From the NCBI GenBank assembly GCA_963840855.1, contig CAWJBB010000065.1, forward strand, positions 32,001-96,000: a stretch of DNA of 64,000 nucleotides, given 5' to 3'. This stretch comes from an uncultured delta proteobacterium. Its GTDB lineage: Bacteria; Desulfobacterota; Binatia; UBA9968. Below, one piece after another: positions 47,432-58,206 of the stretch; positions within the stretch are counted from its first letter, which is position 1, and each line of letters starts with the position of its first letter. A program made the position numbers and the translations under genes. The notes beneath the pieces are model-generated. The model saw only the letters and a program-made list of their open reading frames with translations, made no database searches and was not told where the DNA came from.

Positions 47432-47977
47432 TCAGGCAAAATCTCTAGGCAGGGTATCGGACAGGGGATCGCTCCGCATCAGCATGTCCGTGAGCTGCGC
47501 CCGATGATTGGCTTCTTCGGCGAGGATGCGACGCAAGGTTGTCGCGGTCTCGGCATCGAATGGCTCGACCATCGGCAGCCGGTCGGTCAGGTCCCATAAG
47601 TGGCGCTTCTTTGCCGTAAGATCGAGGCGCAAATCCTCCCAAGTGTTCGAGCCGTCTTCTATTGCGGACGAAATTTCCGGGATCTCACCTCCCAGGGCGA
47701 GAATCCTTTCCTTAAGCCACTGGGCGTGCTTTTCTTCGTCTTCGGCGATTCGCAAGAGCTTCTCACGAAAATGCTTATAGCGCATTTGCTCCGCATGGCG
47801 CCTGTACTGGAATGCGTCTTTCATTTTATCGACATACTCTTGGGAAAGCAGCGCGAGAATCTCTTTCCGCGGATCGTGGGTCAGGACGCGCTGGACTCGA
47901 CCCCAGATGCTTTTCAACGCGCTAGAGAGAGACACAGGGCCTCCATTATCGTCTTGGTGAAAGTTACCGGTCTTCAT
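47432..47977 (-). CDS. Ferritin-like (rubrerythrin-type di-iron) protein
   Basis: IAEDEEKHAQWLKERILALGG and ILAEEANH (two ExxH motifs). Start uncertain. Confidence 0.72.
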   Translation of the reverse strand: MKTGNFHQDDNGGPVSLSSALKSIWGRVQRVLTHDPRKEILALLSQEYVDKMKDAFQYRRHAEQMRYKHFREKLLRIAEDEEKHAQWLKERILALGGEIPEISSAIEDGSNTWEDLRLDLTAKKRHLWDLTDRLPMVEPFDAETATTLRRILAEEANHRAQLTDMLMRSDPLSDTLPRDFA

Positions 47978-48228
47978 GTAAAGTGCGAAAATACGTTGTG
48001 GCTTCTTTCCCCGGGCCTTCCCCCTTTTTGTAGCGCGGTCCGGGCAGATAAAAGACTGAGGACTGTCCGTCACGCGGTTGCCGGTACAAGCCTGGTCAGT
48101 TGAAAGACTTCCTCCGGCATCTCCGTGCTGAGACAATCACCTCTCTTTCTTGGGCTAGTCTGATCACGAAGCTTCGTAACCTGTGCGCAATCCTACTGGA
48201 GTGATGCATTTCGAACCCAATACTCCGT

Positions 48229-50871
48229 CTACGCCGCCGCGGCGCCGCGGTCGGCCTCCGCGCGGCTCTCGACGCTGAATTTCAGCTCGCCGCTGGCACG
48301 GTCGTGGTCGACGATCACCGTCTGGCCGTCCTTGACTTCGCCTTTGAGTAAGAGCCGGCCCAAAGGCGTCTCGATCTCCTTCTGGATCGCCCGTTTCAAC
48401 GGCCGGGCGCCGTAGCTGGGATCGTAACCGCTGACAGCCAAATGCTCGCGCGCCCGCTCGGTGAGATCGAGGGTAATGTGGCGCTCGGCCAGCCGGGCCC
48501 GCAGCCGCTCGAGCTGGATCTCGACGATCTGCTTCAGATGCTCCCGCGCCAGGCTGTGGAAGACCACGATCTCATCGACCCGGTTGAGAAACTCCGGCCG
48601 GAATTGCTGCCGCAGCGCGTCCAGCACTTCCTTCTTCATCATTTCGTAGGAATCGGTATCGCCGCCGCCCCGATAGGCGAGAATCAGCTGGCTGCCGACG
48701 TTGGAGGTCATGATCACCACCGTGTTCTTGAAATCCACCGTGCGCCCGTGGCCGTCGGTGAGCCGGCCGTCATCGAGAATTTGCAATAACACATTGAACA
48801 CGTCGGTATGCGCCTTCTCGATCTCGTCGAATAGCACCACGGTGTAGGGCCGCCGCCGCACCGCCTCGGTTAACTGGCCGCCTTCGTCGTAACCGACGTA
48901 GCCCGGCGGCGCGCCTATCAAGCGGGCCACGGTATGTCTTTCCTGGAACTCGGACATGTCGAGGCGCACCATATTTTTCTCGTCGTCGAATAGAAACTCC
49001 GCCAGGGCGCGTGCCAACTCCGTCTTACCTACTCCCGTGGGGCCGAGAAAAATAAATGAACCGATGGGACGATTGGGATCTTTCAGTCCCGAGCGAGCGC
49101 GCACCACCGCGTCGGCGACGGCTTCAACCGCTTCGTCCTGGCCAACGACGCGCTTGTGCAGATGTTCGCCCAGCTGGAGCAGTTTTTCTTTCTCGCCTTC
49201 GAGTAGTTTCGAAACCGGAATGCCCGTCCAGCGCGCCACCACCGCCGCAATGTCGTCCTCGTCGACCTCTTCCTTGATCAGCTGCATGCTGCCCTGTTCG
49301 TGCAGCCGTTTCTCTTCGGCGGCCAAGTCGCGTTCGAGCTGAGCCAGCTTGCCGTATTTGAGCTCGGCGGCGCGATTGAGATCGTACTGCCGCTCCGCCT
49401 GCTCGATGGCCAATTTGGCTTTCTCTATTTCTTCCTTGAGGCTGCGCAGACGGGTTAGGGCTTGCTTTTCCACCTCCCAGCGCGCTTTCAGTTCTTGTTG
49501 CTGGGCTTTCAAGTCCGCCAGCTCCTTTTCCAATTTGACCAGCCGTTCGCGCGACGCCGCGTCGCTTTCCTTGCGCAGCGCCTCGCGTTCGATTTCCAGT
49601 TGCATGACCCGGCGTGAAACGTTGTCGAGCTCCGTCGGCATCGACTCGATCTCGGTGCGCAGCTTGGCGGCCGCCTCATCGACCAGATCAATGGCCTTGT
49701 CGGGCAAGAACCGGTCGGTGATATAGCGATGCGAGAGCACCGCGGCGGTGACCAGCGCGGCGTCTTTAATGCGCACGCCGTGGTGAACTTCGTAGCGCTC
49801 GCGCAGGCCGCGCAGGATCGAGATGGTATCCTCGACGCTGGGCTGATCGACAAACACCGGCTGGAAGCGCCGCTCCAGCGCCCGGTCTTTTTCGACGTGC
49901 TTTCGGTACTCATCCAGGGTGGTGGCGCCAATGCAGTGCAGCTCGCCGCGCGCCAGCAGCGGCTTGAGCAGGTTGGAAGCGTCCATGGAGCCCTCCGCGG
50001 CCCCCGCCCCCACCACGGTGTGCAGTTCGTCGATGAACAGGATGACTTCCCCCTGGGATTCCTGGACCTCTTTGAGCACCGCCTTGAGCCGCTCTTCAAA
50101 TTCGCCGCGGTACTTCGCCCCGGCGATCAGCGCGCCCATATCCAACGAAATAAGCCGTTTGTTCTTGAGGCTTTCGGGTACATCACCGCGCAAAATGCGC
50201 TGGGCCAAGCCTTCGACGATGGCGGTCTTGCCGACACCGGGGTCGCCGATCAGCACGGGATTATTTTTGCTGCGCCGGGAGAGCACTTGGACCACGCGGC
50301 GAATTTCTTCGTCGCGGCCAATCACCGGGTCGAGCTTGCCTTGAGCGGCGAGCTTGGTGAAGTCGCGGCCGTATTTTTCCAGAGCCTGATATGTCGCCTC
50401 AGGATTCTGCGATGTCACCCGCTGGTTGCCCCGTATATCTTTCAACGCCCCGGCCAATTTTTCGCGGCTCACGCCGAATTCCTTGAGAACCCGTCCGGCG
50501 GCGCCGCCATCTTCCGTCATGGCGAGCAGCAGATGTTCTATGGAGATGAATTCATCCTTGAGGTTTTTCGCCTCGTCTTCGGCCTGCGCCAGCAGGCGAT
50601 TCAAACGGCCGGTGATGTAAATTTGCTCGGGCGCGCCCCCGGCTTGTGACACCCTGGGCATGCGCTCGAGCTCTTGCTCGACGCGCCGCTTGAAGCCATC
50701 AGCGTTGACGCCGGCCTTGCCCAAAATCGACGCCGCCAGACCGTTCTCCTGTTCGAGCAGCACCGCCAGCAAATGCTCTACGTCAACCTGCTGATGGCTG
50801 TAACGGGCAGCTTTGGTTTGTGCCGCGCTGATGGCTTCTTGAGCTTTTTGCGTAAAGCGGTTGATGTCCAT
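48229..50871 (-). CDS. clpB: ATP-dependent disaggregase ClpB
   Basis: [34 protein letters not shown]-domain coiled coil with [22 protein letters not shown]. Confidence 0.97.
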   Translation of the reverse strand: MDINRFTQKAQEAISAAQTKAARYSHQQVDVEHLLAVLLEQENGLAASILGKAGVNADGFKRRVEQELERMPRVSQAGGAPEQIYITGRLNRLLAQAEDEAKNLKDEFISIEHLLLAMTEDGGAAGRVLKEFGVSREKLAGALKDIRGNQRVTSQNPEATYQALEKYGRDFTKLAAQGKLDPVIGRDEEIRRVVQVLSRRSKNNPVLIGDPGVGKTAIVEGLAQRILRGDVPESLKNKRLISLDMGALIAGAKYRGEFEERLKAVLKEVQESQGEVILFIDELHTVVGAGAAEGSMDASNLLKPLLARGELHCIGATTLDEYRKHVEKDRALERRFQPVFVDQPSVEDTISILRGLRERYEVHHGVRIKDAALVTAAVLSHRYITDRFLPDKAIDLVDEAAAKLRTEIESMPTELDNVSRRVMQLEIEREALRKESDAASRERLVKLEKELADLKAQQQELKARWEVEKQALTRLRSLKEEIEKAKLAIEQAERQYDLNRAAELKYGKLAQLERDLAAEEKRLHEQGSMQLIKEEVDEDDIAAVVARWTGIPVSKLLEGEKEKLLQLGEHLHKRVVGQDEAVEAVADAVVRARSGLKDPNRPIGSFIFLGPTGVGKTELARALAEFLFDDEKNMVRLDMSEFQERHTVARLIGAPPGYVGYDEGGQLTEAVRRRPYTVVLFDEIEKAHTDVFNVLLQILDDGRLTDGHGRTVDFKNTVVIMTSNVGSQLILAYRGGGDTDSYEMMKKEVLDALRQQFRPEFLNRVDEIVVFHSLAREHLKQIVEIQLERLRARLAERHITLDLTERAREHLAVSGYDPSYGARPLKRAIQKEIETPLGRLLLKGEVKDGQTVIVDHDRASGELKFSVESRAEADRGAAAA

Positions 50872-51055
50872 GGCAACTCTCCTTTGCTGAGTTGGAGTTC
50901 AAGGTTCAACGTCCGAATCGAATTACAACTTTGAACATTGAACCATAGCTTTCAAAGCCGGTCTTGACGTACTATCGCCAACCCTGTCTCCCCTTACGAA
51001 GGCGAGATTCAGTGGGGAGTCACCACGACGTGAACGGCGCGCAACCGAAAGCTGC

Positions 51056-51544
51056 TCACTGCGCGACTCGGACGCGCGCGGGCCTGAGCACTTCGTCGCC
51101 CCAGCGATAACCGCGCTGCAACTCCTCTGTGACTGTGCCCGGTTCGACCTCCGCGCTTCGCACCGAGCCGATGGCGTCGTGGAGTTCGGGGTCAAAAGTC
51201 TCGCCCAAACTTTTGAGCGGACTGACGCCGTGGGCTTCGAGCAGACCGAGGAGTTGGCGGTGCAGCAACCGCAAACCCTCCGACACCGATGAGGGTCTTT
51301 CGCCTATGTGAGTGAGCGCGCGGTCGAAGCCGTCCATCACTTCAAGCAGCGACAGTATGACGTCGCGCTTGCCGCTATGGGCCGCGCTGGAACGCTCCCG
51401 CTCCACCCGCCGGCGATAATTGTCAAAGTCGGCCAGCGCGCGCAGATACATATCATGCTCGCGGCGCAACTCTTCTTTGAGCCTCTCGGTTTCGGCGGCA
51501 GCGTCCGTCGTTGGACGATTTTTGTTTTGCTCGGTGGCTTCCAT
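51056..51544 (-). CDS. grpE: Nucleotide exchange factor GrpE
   Basis: YLRALADFDNYRRR, GETFDPELHDAI, QRGY...VLRPARVRV. Confidence 0.95.
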   Translation of the reverse strand: MEATEQNKNRPTTDAAAETERLKEELRREHDMYLRALADFDNYRRRVERERSSAAHSGKRDVILSLLEVMDGFDRALTHIGERPSSVSEGLRLLHRQLLGLLEAHGVSPLKSLGETFDPELHDAIGSVRSAEVEPGTVTEELQRGYRWGDEVLRPARVRVAQ

Positions 51545-51570
51545 TATTTCCTTAAAGAGTTTCGGAGCGC

Positions 51571-51632
51571 TGGAGCAATGGAGTAGTGGAATTAAAACCC
51601 AATCCTCCAGTACTCCAATACTCCATGACTCC
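51571..51632. repeat. Inverted 8-mer tandem tract (TGGAGCAA/TGGAGTAG ... TACTCCAA) between dnaK and grpE
   Basis: TGGAGCAATGGAGTAGTGGA faces TCCAGTACTCCAATACTCCA; can form a hairpin. Confidence 0.65.
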
Positions 51633-51638
51633 GTTCTT

Positions 51639-53525
51639 CTAAGTTTCTTTGAACTCCGCGTCGATCACGTCGTCATCGCCGCCAGGCCGGCCGCCGCCTT
51701 GCGCGCCGCCCGAAGTCCTCTGGCCGCCACCCGCCGCCGACGCCAAACCGTAAGCCACCTGCTGCAGGTCGCCGGTGAGCTGGCGCAGCCGCGCGATGTC
51801 CGACGAGTTGTTCTTCACCAGTTCGCGTATCTCGGCGATCAGCTGCTCGGCGCGCGCTTTGTCGTTGAGCGCCACGCGGTCGCCGAGATCGCGTATCTGC
51901 CGTTCGACTTGGTACGCTATCGAGTCGGCGCTGTTGCGCGCTTCAACCTCTTCGCGCCGCCTGCGGTCTTCGTCGGCGTGGGACTGCGCGTCGGCGACCA
52001 TGCGGTCGATCTCTTCCTTAGCCAGTTGAGTCGAGCCGCTGATGGTGATTTTCTGCTCCTTGCCGCTTTGTTTGTCTTTTGCGGTCACCGTCAAGATGCC
52101 GTTGGCATCGATGTCGAATGTCACTTCGATTTGCGCCGCTCCCCGCGGCGCCGGTTGGATACCTTCAAGGCGGAAATTGCCGAGAGTACGGTTGTCGCGC
52201 GCCAGCTCACGCTCGCCTTGGAGCACGTGGATGTCGACCGCGGCTTGGTTATCCTCGGCGGTGGAGAAGGTTTCCGACTTGCGCGCGGGTATAGTGGTGT
52301 TGCGCTCGATGAGCTTGGTCATGACTCCGCCGAGGGTCTCGACGCCGAGAGAGAGCGGCGTCACGTCGAGCAGCAGTACGTTTTTAACTTCGCCGGCCAG
52401 CACACCCGCCTGGATCGCTGCGCCAACGGCGACGACTTCGTCCGGATTGACCGATTGGTTAGCCTCTTTGCCGCCGGTCAGACGACGGACGAGGGTCTGA
52501 ACCGCCGGAATACGCGTCGAGCCGCCCACCAGGATGACTTCATCGATGTCCTTCTCGGTGATCTTGGCATCCTCAAGTGCCCGCTTCACCGGTCCGACGC
52601 AGCGCTCTACCAGATCCGCCGTGAGTTGATCGAACTTGGCGCGCGTAAGCTTCATCTCCAGGTGTTTCGGCCCCGTCGCGTCAGCGGTAACGAATGGCAA
52701 ACTGATGGTCGTCTCAATGGCGCTCGAAAGCTCTATCTTCGCCTTCTCCGCCGCTTCGGTTAATCGCTGCAGTGCCTGGCGGTCTTTGCGCAGATCGATC
52801 CCCTGATCGCGGCGAAACTCTTCCGCCATCCAATCCACCAGCCGCTTGTCAAAATCGTCGCCGCCCAGGTGCGTATCGCCGGAGGTTGAGTGAACTTCGA
52901 ACAGCCCGTCGCCGACGTCGAGTATCGAGACGTCAAAGGTGCCGCCGCCGAGATCGAACACCAGGATGGTTTCATTTTTCTTTTTGTCGAGTCCGTAGGC
53001 CAGCGACGCCGCCGTCGGCTCGTTGATAATGCGCAGCACATTGAGTCCGGCGATTTTGCCGGCATCTTTGGTCGCCTGGCGCTGCGCGTCATTAAAATAA
53101 GCCGGCACGGTGATCACCGCGTCGCCGACTTTCTCGCCGAGATATTTTGCCGCATCGTCGGCGAGCTTGCGCAGCACCAGCGCGGAAATCTCTTCGGGGG
53201 CGTATTGTTTGCCCGTGATATCGAAGCGCACGGCGTCATTGGGGCCGGCGACCACTTTGTAGGGAACGTTCTTAAGTTCCGACTGGACCTCGGAGTAACG
53301 CCGTCCGATGAAACGCTTGGCGGAGTAGATGGTATTTTCCGGGTTGAGTACGGCCTGGCGCTTGGCGATCTGCCCGACCAGCCGTTCGCCCGTCTTGGTG
53401 AAGGCGACAACCGAGGGAGTGAGGCGGCTACCCTCGCTGTTGATGATCACGGTGGGCTTTCCGCCCTCCATGACTGCTACCACGGAATTCGTGGTACCGA
53501 GGTCTATGCCAATTGCCTTTGCCAT
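51639..53525 (-). CDS. dnaK: Chaperone DnaK (Hsp70)
   Basis: [61 protein letters not shown]. Confidence 0.97.
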   Translation of the reverse strand: MAKAIGIDLGTTNSVVAVMEGGKPTVIINSEGSRLTPSVVAFTKTGERLVGQIAKRQAVLNPENTIYSAKRFIGRRYSEVQSELKNVPYKVVAGPNDAVRFDITGKQYAPEEISALVLRKLADDAAKYLGEKVGDAVITVPAYFNDAQRQATKDAGKIAGLNVLRIINEPTAASLAYGLDKKKNETILVFDLGGGTFDVSILDVGDGLFEVHSTSGDTHLGGDDFDKRLVDWMAEEFRRDQGIDLRKDRQALQRLTEAAEKAKIELSSAIETTISLPFVTADATGPKHLEMKLTRAKFDQLTADLVERCVGPVKRALEDAKITEKDIDEVILVGGSTRIPAVQTLVRRLTGGKEANQSVNPDEVVAVGAAIQAGVLAGEVKNVLLLDVTPLSLGVETLGGVMTKLIERNTTIPARKSETFSTAEDNQAAVDIHVLQGERELARDNRTLGNFRLEGIQPAPRGAAQIEVTFDIDANGILTVTAKDKQSGKEQKITISGSTQLAKEEIDRMVADAQSHADEDRRRREEVEARNSADSIAYQVERQIRDLGDRVALNDKARAEQLIAEIRELVKNNSSDIARLRQLTGDLQQVAYGLASAAGGGQRTSGGAQGGGRPGGDDDVIDAEFKET

Positions 53526-53653
53526 AACAACTCCTCCTTTAAATTAAATCATGCTGCATCTATTTGACCCGCACGTTTTATTCTCCGTTTAGAGCGCGTC
53601 CTGGCCGCGCGCCATAGAGCAAAAGATTGACGGCGGATTTTTTTCCATCGTCG

Positions 53654-54361
53654 TCATCGGAAATCTTGCCCGTAACCCGCTCCATAAGCCACGCGGATAT
53701 GCACGCGCAGATAGAAATCGTGCACGCCGAGGCCGCGCAGAGGAACCTCCATGAGCGTGCCGTCACCAACCATGGGCGGAATACAGATGCGCACGGTCTC
53801 CTGTTCTTCAATGAGTCCTTCCCCGTCACAGCCACTGCAGGGAAACATGCTTTCTCGTCCCGATCCGCCGCAGCGCTCGCAAGGAAAACAGGTTGGCAGG
53901 CCAAGGAACACAATCCCGCCGCGCGCGGCCTCATCGCTTGATAGAATAATGCGCGCGGTGAGCGGCTCCGGGATTTCCTTCGCGGGCAGTTCGGCGGCAG
54001 TAAGACTGCCGCTCACTCGAGCCAACGCTGCTTCGAACACCGCATCTTTTATCGAAAGGGCGCGCAAAACGGCGGCTGCCTGTGGCAAGCTCCTATCCAC
54101 TTCGACCCCCAGGGAAATAGCTGCGGGCGAAATTTCCGCTCCGGCGCCCGCCTGTTCGAGCCCGCGGTCGTACTGGCTGCGCCGCGCGGGGTCTGCAAGA
54201 ACATGATACGCTTCCAGAATTCTCTGGAAAAAATGCAAACGTTCAGGGCCCAAGCGATCAGGGCGGTAGCGTTTCGCCAAGTCCAGGAAGGCCTCGCGGA
54301 TCCCCTGGGTAGTCTCGTTGCGCGAAACTCCCAATATCAAGTAGTAACTCTTTCGCACCAT
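53654..54361 (-). CDS. DnaJ-like protein (J-like domain with RPD, one zinc-finger pair, DnaJ C-terminal fragment)
   Basis: YYLILGVSR...LAKRYRPD...EAYHVLADPARRSQYD; CERCGGSG...CSGCDGEG; VRICIPP. Confidence 0.8.
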   Translation of the reverse strand: MVRKSYYLILGVSRNETTQGIREAFLDLAKRYRPDRLGPERLHFFQRILEAYHVLADPARRSQYDRGLEQAGAGAEISPAAISLGVEVDRSLPQAAAVLRALSIKDAVFEAALARVSGSLTAAELPAKEIPEPLTARIILSSDEAARGGIVFLGLPTCFPCERCGGSGRESMFPCSGCDGEGLIEEQETVRICIPPMVGDGTLMEVPLRGLGVHDFYLRVHIRVAYGAGYGQDFR

Positions 54362-54556
54362 TCCTTCTTCGCTCTTCAATAATTCGATTCGCAGCAACCC
54401 TTATGCCAAACTGAAATATCCGTGGATCCTTTCCAAAATCCACTTCTCACTCAATCGTTTAGATAAACTGCGACTGTTTTTTGATAATGAGTTGTATCGG
54501 AATTGGGTCAAAGGCCGCATCGATATATCGAGCGAGTCGATCCGCCCGGACCTGGT

Positions 54557-55009
54557 CTAAGGTGCCCTTAGAGCCGCGCTGGTGCCGATAATTTCGGCAA
54601 ATTTGTGCTGTGGAATGCCCAGCCGCTGTTGCCGCGCTCTGCGCGCAATCCCCTGATGGATCGCGTCAAGAAATACCTGATTGTCGAAGGGTTTTGTGAA
54701 GAACTCCAGAGCCCCTGCCTTGATGGCCCGCACCGACATCGGGATGTCGCCGTGAGCGGTGATGAAAAAGATCGGAATCGCGACCTTGGCCTTGGCCAAC
54801 TGCTGCTGCAGGTCAAGACCGCTCAGCCCGGGCAGGTGCACGTCGAGCACCAGGCAGCTGGGCACGTCGGGGCGATGATATATCAGGAAGTCTTGCGCCG
54901 AGGCGAATGTTCGCGCGCTGAGCCCGTCCGAGGCCAAGAGACTTACCAGGGCCTCGCGCATCGAGGGGTCATCATCAACGATAAAAACTATCGGGGATTG
55001 CTCTCCCAT
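54557..55009 (-). pseudogene. Response regulator receiver domain followed by a truncated sigma54-activator linker
   Basis: IVDDD, LVLDV, FITAHG, FFTKPF, then KFAEIIGTSAALRA and a stop, at the point where an AAA+ domain normally starts. Confidence 0.68.
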
Positions 55010-55366
55010 GCTCCAATCCTTCCCCCCAGCGCTGGCGGAAGATTTCCAGTCGCTGGTTCGACTTGCTGCTACGATCTCGGCGGCCTAAACAACGAAACTC
55101 AGGGCACAGTTGGGCGCAGCTTCCGACGTTGCGCTTGACGCCCCGGGTGGTGGTCACCACCAACAGAAGCGACGGTTACGATCTAACTTTTAGGGAAAAT
55201 GGAAAGGGAAAACAAGGACAATATCGTTAATTTTTAAACAACAGGGATGAGAATGATCGCGAGATGGTGATAACGTTCTCCAGCATTAGACCGGCCCGAT
55301 GCCAGAACCGCCTCGGGCCGAAAGATCGTAGCGTAATCCCCGAGCCCTGGTTTGAGGAGCCCCAGT

Positions 55367-55723
55367 TTACTTCTCGCTGGCTCTCTTTGCCCTCCAGTAA
55401 GCCTTCAACTTGGCCGATAACTTCGCTTTGGTTGCCCTACTCATCGCCTTCTTCTTTGCGGTCGCAGCAGGTTTAACTGAAAGCGTCGCTGGATTAGCTC
55501 GGCGAAGGCTCGACCATCTTGCTCTTTGAGCAGTGGCAATCTTCTTTTTCACCGCAGCGCTCATGCCCCGCTTTTTCTTTGACACAGCGCCAGATTTGGC
55601 TGACGCACCGAGAATCCTGCCGAGCTCTTTGTTCAGAGCCTCGACTTGTTGCTTAATCGCGGCAGCCCGTTTGAGTTGGTTAATTGTCAGGTCTAGTGGA
55701 TTCATGCGGTCATTCATTAGCAT
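55367..55723 (-). CDS. Small basic Lys/Ala-rich putative nucleoid/DNA-binding protein
   Basis: Coiled coil LTINQLKRAAAIKQQVEALNKEL, then two repeats: KKRGMSAAVKKKIATAQRARW and KKKAMSRATKAKLSAKLKAYW. Confidence 0.68.
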   Translation of the reverse strand: MLMNDRMNPLDLTINQLKRAAAIKQQVEALNKELGRILGASAKSGAVSKKKRGMSAAVKKKIATAQRARWSSLRRANPATLSVKPAATAKKKAMSRATKAKLSAKLKAYWRAKRASEK

Positions 55724-55861
55724 TCAACGCCAGTGAAAATCAAGCGCCCTGATGGAAATTACGTCCCGGCAGGATGGGACCTTCGGTTCTTGCTGGCATC
55801 TCGGGACTCATGACCTGTTTTTTCCTAATAAGACGGAATTGCGGTAAGGAACTCTTTTGAT

Positions 55862-55999
55862 TCTCCTTCGCCGAATACCTCGCAGCTTGCTGCGAGGATG
55901 AAGGTGAGGAGAACCCTCCGTAGCCTTGGCGAAGGAGGGTTGAAGGGCTTCGAAGAATTTCGCAAAGATACCTCGGAGCTTTGCTCCGAGGAGCTTCAT
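55862..55999 (+). mobile_element. Miniature IS200/IS605-type element, family A copy 5
   Basis: Follows TTGAT (55857-55861); near-identical to copy 1; ends AGCTTCAT. Confidence 0.78.
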
Positions 56000-56229
56000 T
56001 CTGCTGAAAACGGCCTATTCAAAAAACACGAGGAAAAATATTTCGCTCACAGACGCGATTTAACGCACGATCGGGGCTTGGTTAATGATCTACTCCAGAC
56101 CGAATTTTCATGAATACGAAGCTTTTTCAGCCAAATCCATGCCATTGGCCGGATTCCGCTTTAGCTGCAGGCGAAGGTGGGCTCTTTGTCGGGTAAACGT
56201 GTCTACTGCTGACCATTGATGACGCGATG

Positions 56230-57612
56230 TTACGCGACCAGAATAATCCGCAGATCCATCACGTTGGTGAAAGTCGGGCCGGTGATTAACAAGTTCCCGA
56301 GGCGCTGAAAGAAATGGTACGAGTCGTTATTGTCGAGAAACACATTGGCGTCGAGTCCCAGCTCTTTCGCCCGCGCCAGCGTCGTGCCATCCGCCAACGC
56401 GCCGGCGGCATCCGTCGGGCCGTCGCTTCCGTCCGTGCCGCCGCTGAGAATCACGACGCTATCGAGGCCGGCAATCGCGCCGGCCGCCGCAAGCGCGAAT
56501 TCTTGATTGCGGCCGCCCAACCCAGAGCCGCGAACGGTCACGGTGGTTTCGCCGCCGGAAATCACACAGGCAGGTCGAGGAATGGGATTGCCCGTTGCGA
56601 CGATCTCCTTGGCGATGGCGCCGTGAAGCGCCGCCACGATCCTGGTTTCCCCTTCGATACAACTTGACAGCTGCAAACATTTGTAACCCAACTCTTCAGC
56701 CCTTCGTTGCGCGGCTGCCAAGGCCAGACGGTTGCTGCCGACAATTACATTCTGGACATTTTGAAAGACAAGGTCACCGGGTTTCGGAGTGTCCTCGACA
56801 AGACCGTTAGTGCCCCGCCGCAAGAATTGCAAAACCGCCGGCGGAATTCTTTCTTCAATTCCGTATCGGCGAATGAGGCCCAAGCAATCCGCAAAAGTCG
56901 TCGAATCCGGGGCGGTAGGACCGGACGCGATGCTGTCGAGAGAGTCGCCGATCACGTCGGAAAGAATCAGCGCAATCACCGTTGCCGGGAAAGCCAACCT
57001 GGCCAGCCGACCGCCCTTTACTTTTGAAATATGTTTCCTGATCGCGTTGATCTCCTGAATCGTGGCGCCGCAATCGAGCAGGACTTGCGTGGTTTGTTGT
57101 TTATCGCCCAGCATGATCCCGTCGGCTGGACAGGGAAGTAACGCCGAGCCGCCGCCGGAAATCACACAAAAAATAACGTCGCGCTCCCCCGCCTGCTGCG
57201 CCAACTCAATAATCTCGCGTGCCCCGCGGTGGCCCGCGTCGTCTGGCAAGGGATGGCCCGCCTCGTTTACTTTCACCGCGCGCAAGGGCACGGCGTGGCC
57301 GTACTTGACGTTTACGACTCCCGCCGCAACTCTATTTCCCAATAGGTCTTCCAACGCCTGAGCCATACGCGCCGATGCTTTGCCGGCGCCGACGATCAGC
57401 ACGCGCTGATAATTGTTGAGATCGTAGACCATCTGCGCCCCTATCTTTGTCCTCTCCCCTGTTGCGGCGGAGAGGTAGGAGGACGGCGAGAGGAATAGGA
57501 CGCCATTATCGATGCTCGTGTGGCGCTCGATTGCGCGATAAGGATCGGCGGCCGCGAGTCCAGCGTCGAAGATCGCTCTGGCATCCTGCCTCATCTGTGC
57601 GAGCGGACGCAT
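56230..57612 (-). CDS. Glycerate 2-kinase (MOFRL/TtuD family)
   Basis: VGAGKAS, EAGHPLPD, ISGGGSALL, IRKHISKVKGG, SDVIGD..IASGPT, GGETTV, GGRNQE, GTDGSDGPTDAAG, TGPTFTNVMD. Confidence 0.93.
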   Translation of the reverse strand: MRPLAQMRQDARAIFDAGLAAADPYRAIERHTSIDNGVLFLSPSSYLSAATGERTKIGAQMVYDLNNYQRVLIVGAGKASARMAQALEDLLGNRVAAGVVNVKYGHAVPLRAVKVNEAGHPLPDDAGHRGAREIIELAQQAGERDVIFCVISGGGSALLPCPADGIMLGDKQQTTQVLLDCGATIQEINAIRKHISKVKGGRLARLAFPATVIALILSDVIGDSLDSIASGPTAPDSTTFADCLGLIRRYGIEERIPPAVLQFLRRGTNGLVEDTPKPGDLVFQNVQNVIVGSNRLALAAAQRRAEELGYKCLQLSSCIEGETRIVAALHGAIAKEIVATGNPIPRPACVISGGETTVTVRGSGLGGRNQEFALAAAGAIAGLDSVVILSGGTDGSDGPTDAAGALADGTTLARAKELGLDANVFLDNNDSYHFFQRLGNLLITGPTFTNVMDLRIILVA

Positions 57613-57640
57613 GTCGTTAGCCTAACCCCGAGTGACCCTT

Positions 57641-57741
57641 AAGTTCAACGTTCAATGTTCAAAGTTCAAGGTGGAGACGGGTCGTTAAACCTTGAACCTG
57701 AAACTTGAACCGCGCCGAAGGCGCCACGTTGGACTTTGAAC
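57641..57741. repeat. Inverted heptamer tract (AAGTTCA/GTTCAA ... TTGAACC)
   Basis: AAGTTCAACGTTCAATGTTCAAAGTTCAAGG facing CCTTGAACCTGAAACTTGAACC. Confidence 0.7.
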
Positions 57742-57813
57742 CTGCGGTCTAGAAAACTACCGACTCCAGATCGGAAGCAGTGACGGAAAGTAAATGCCGA
57801 TGAAGAGGAAACT

Positions 57814-58191
57814 TTAGAAAAGCTTAAAGCCGCCGAAGCCATACTCACCGATAAGCTTGCCAGAGGAGGAGTCAAAAATATCGATGAGCATGTTCTTGTC
57901 TGGATGGCCGGCGAGAAAACGCGAGAAAACTTCTATGAAGTTTTCTTTTTCTTGATAATCCGCGCTCCGAAATCCTTCACCGATGTAGAGCCGGTGCGGC
58001 CGCTTTGTGCTATCGAGCCGCACCCATAGGCGGGTACCGTTTGACCCGGCCCGGTCGAGCCAATTGCGGTACTCCAGCAGCCGCGCGTCAATTTCTTTGA
58101 AGCTAAGATTTTGCGCGAAGGATAGGGTGGAAAAAAGTAATGCGGACGCCAATAGAATGGTTTTCATTCCAATTGACGTCCGCATTTTCAT
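57814..58191 (-). CDS. Hypothetical exported protein
   Basis: Signal peptide MKTILLASALLFSTLSFA; immediately downstream of the OmpA gene on the same strand. Confidence 0.6.
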   Translation of the reverse strand: MKMRTSIGMKTILLASALLFSTLSFAQNLSFKEIDARLLEYRNWLDRAGSNGTRLWVRLDSTKRPHRLYIGEGFRSADYQEKENFIEVFSRFLAGHPDKNMLIDIFDSSSGKLIGEYGFGGFKLF

Positions 58192-58206
58192 GGTGGCGCT
58201 TATAGC

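Noticed and set aside
51420-52763. Long antisense ORFs opposite dnaK, clpB, the transposase and cas8
   Set aside because: Shadow frames expected from GC-rich codon bias; no recognisable motifs.
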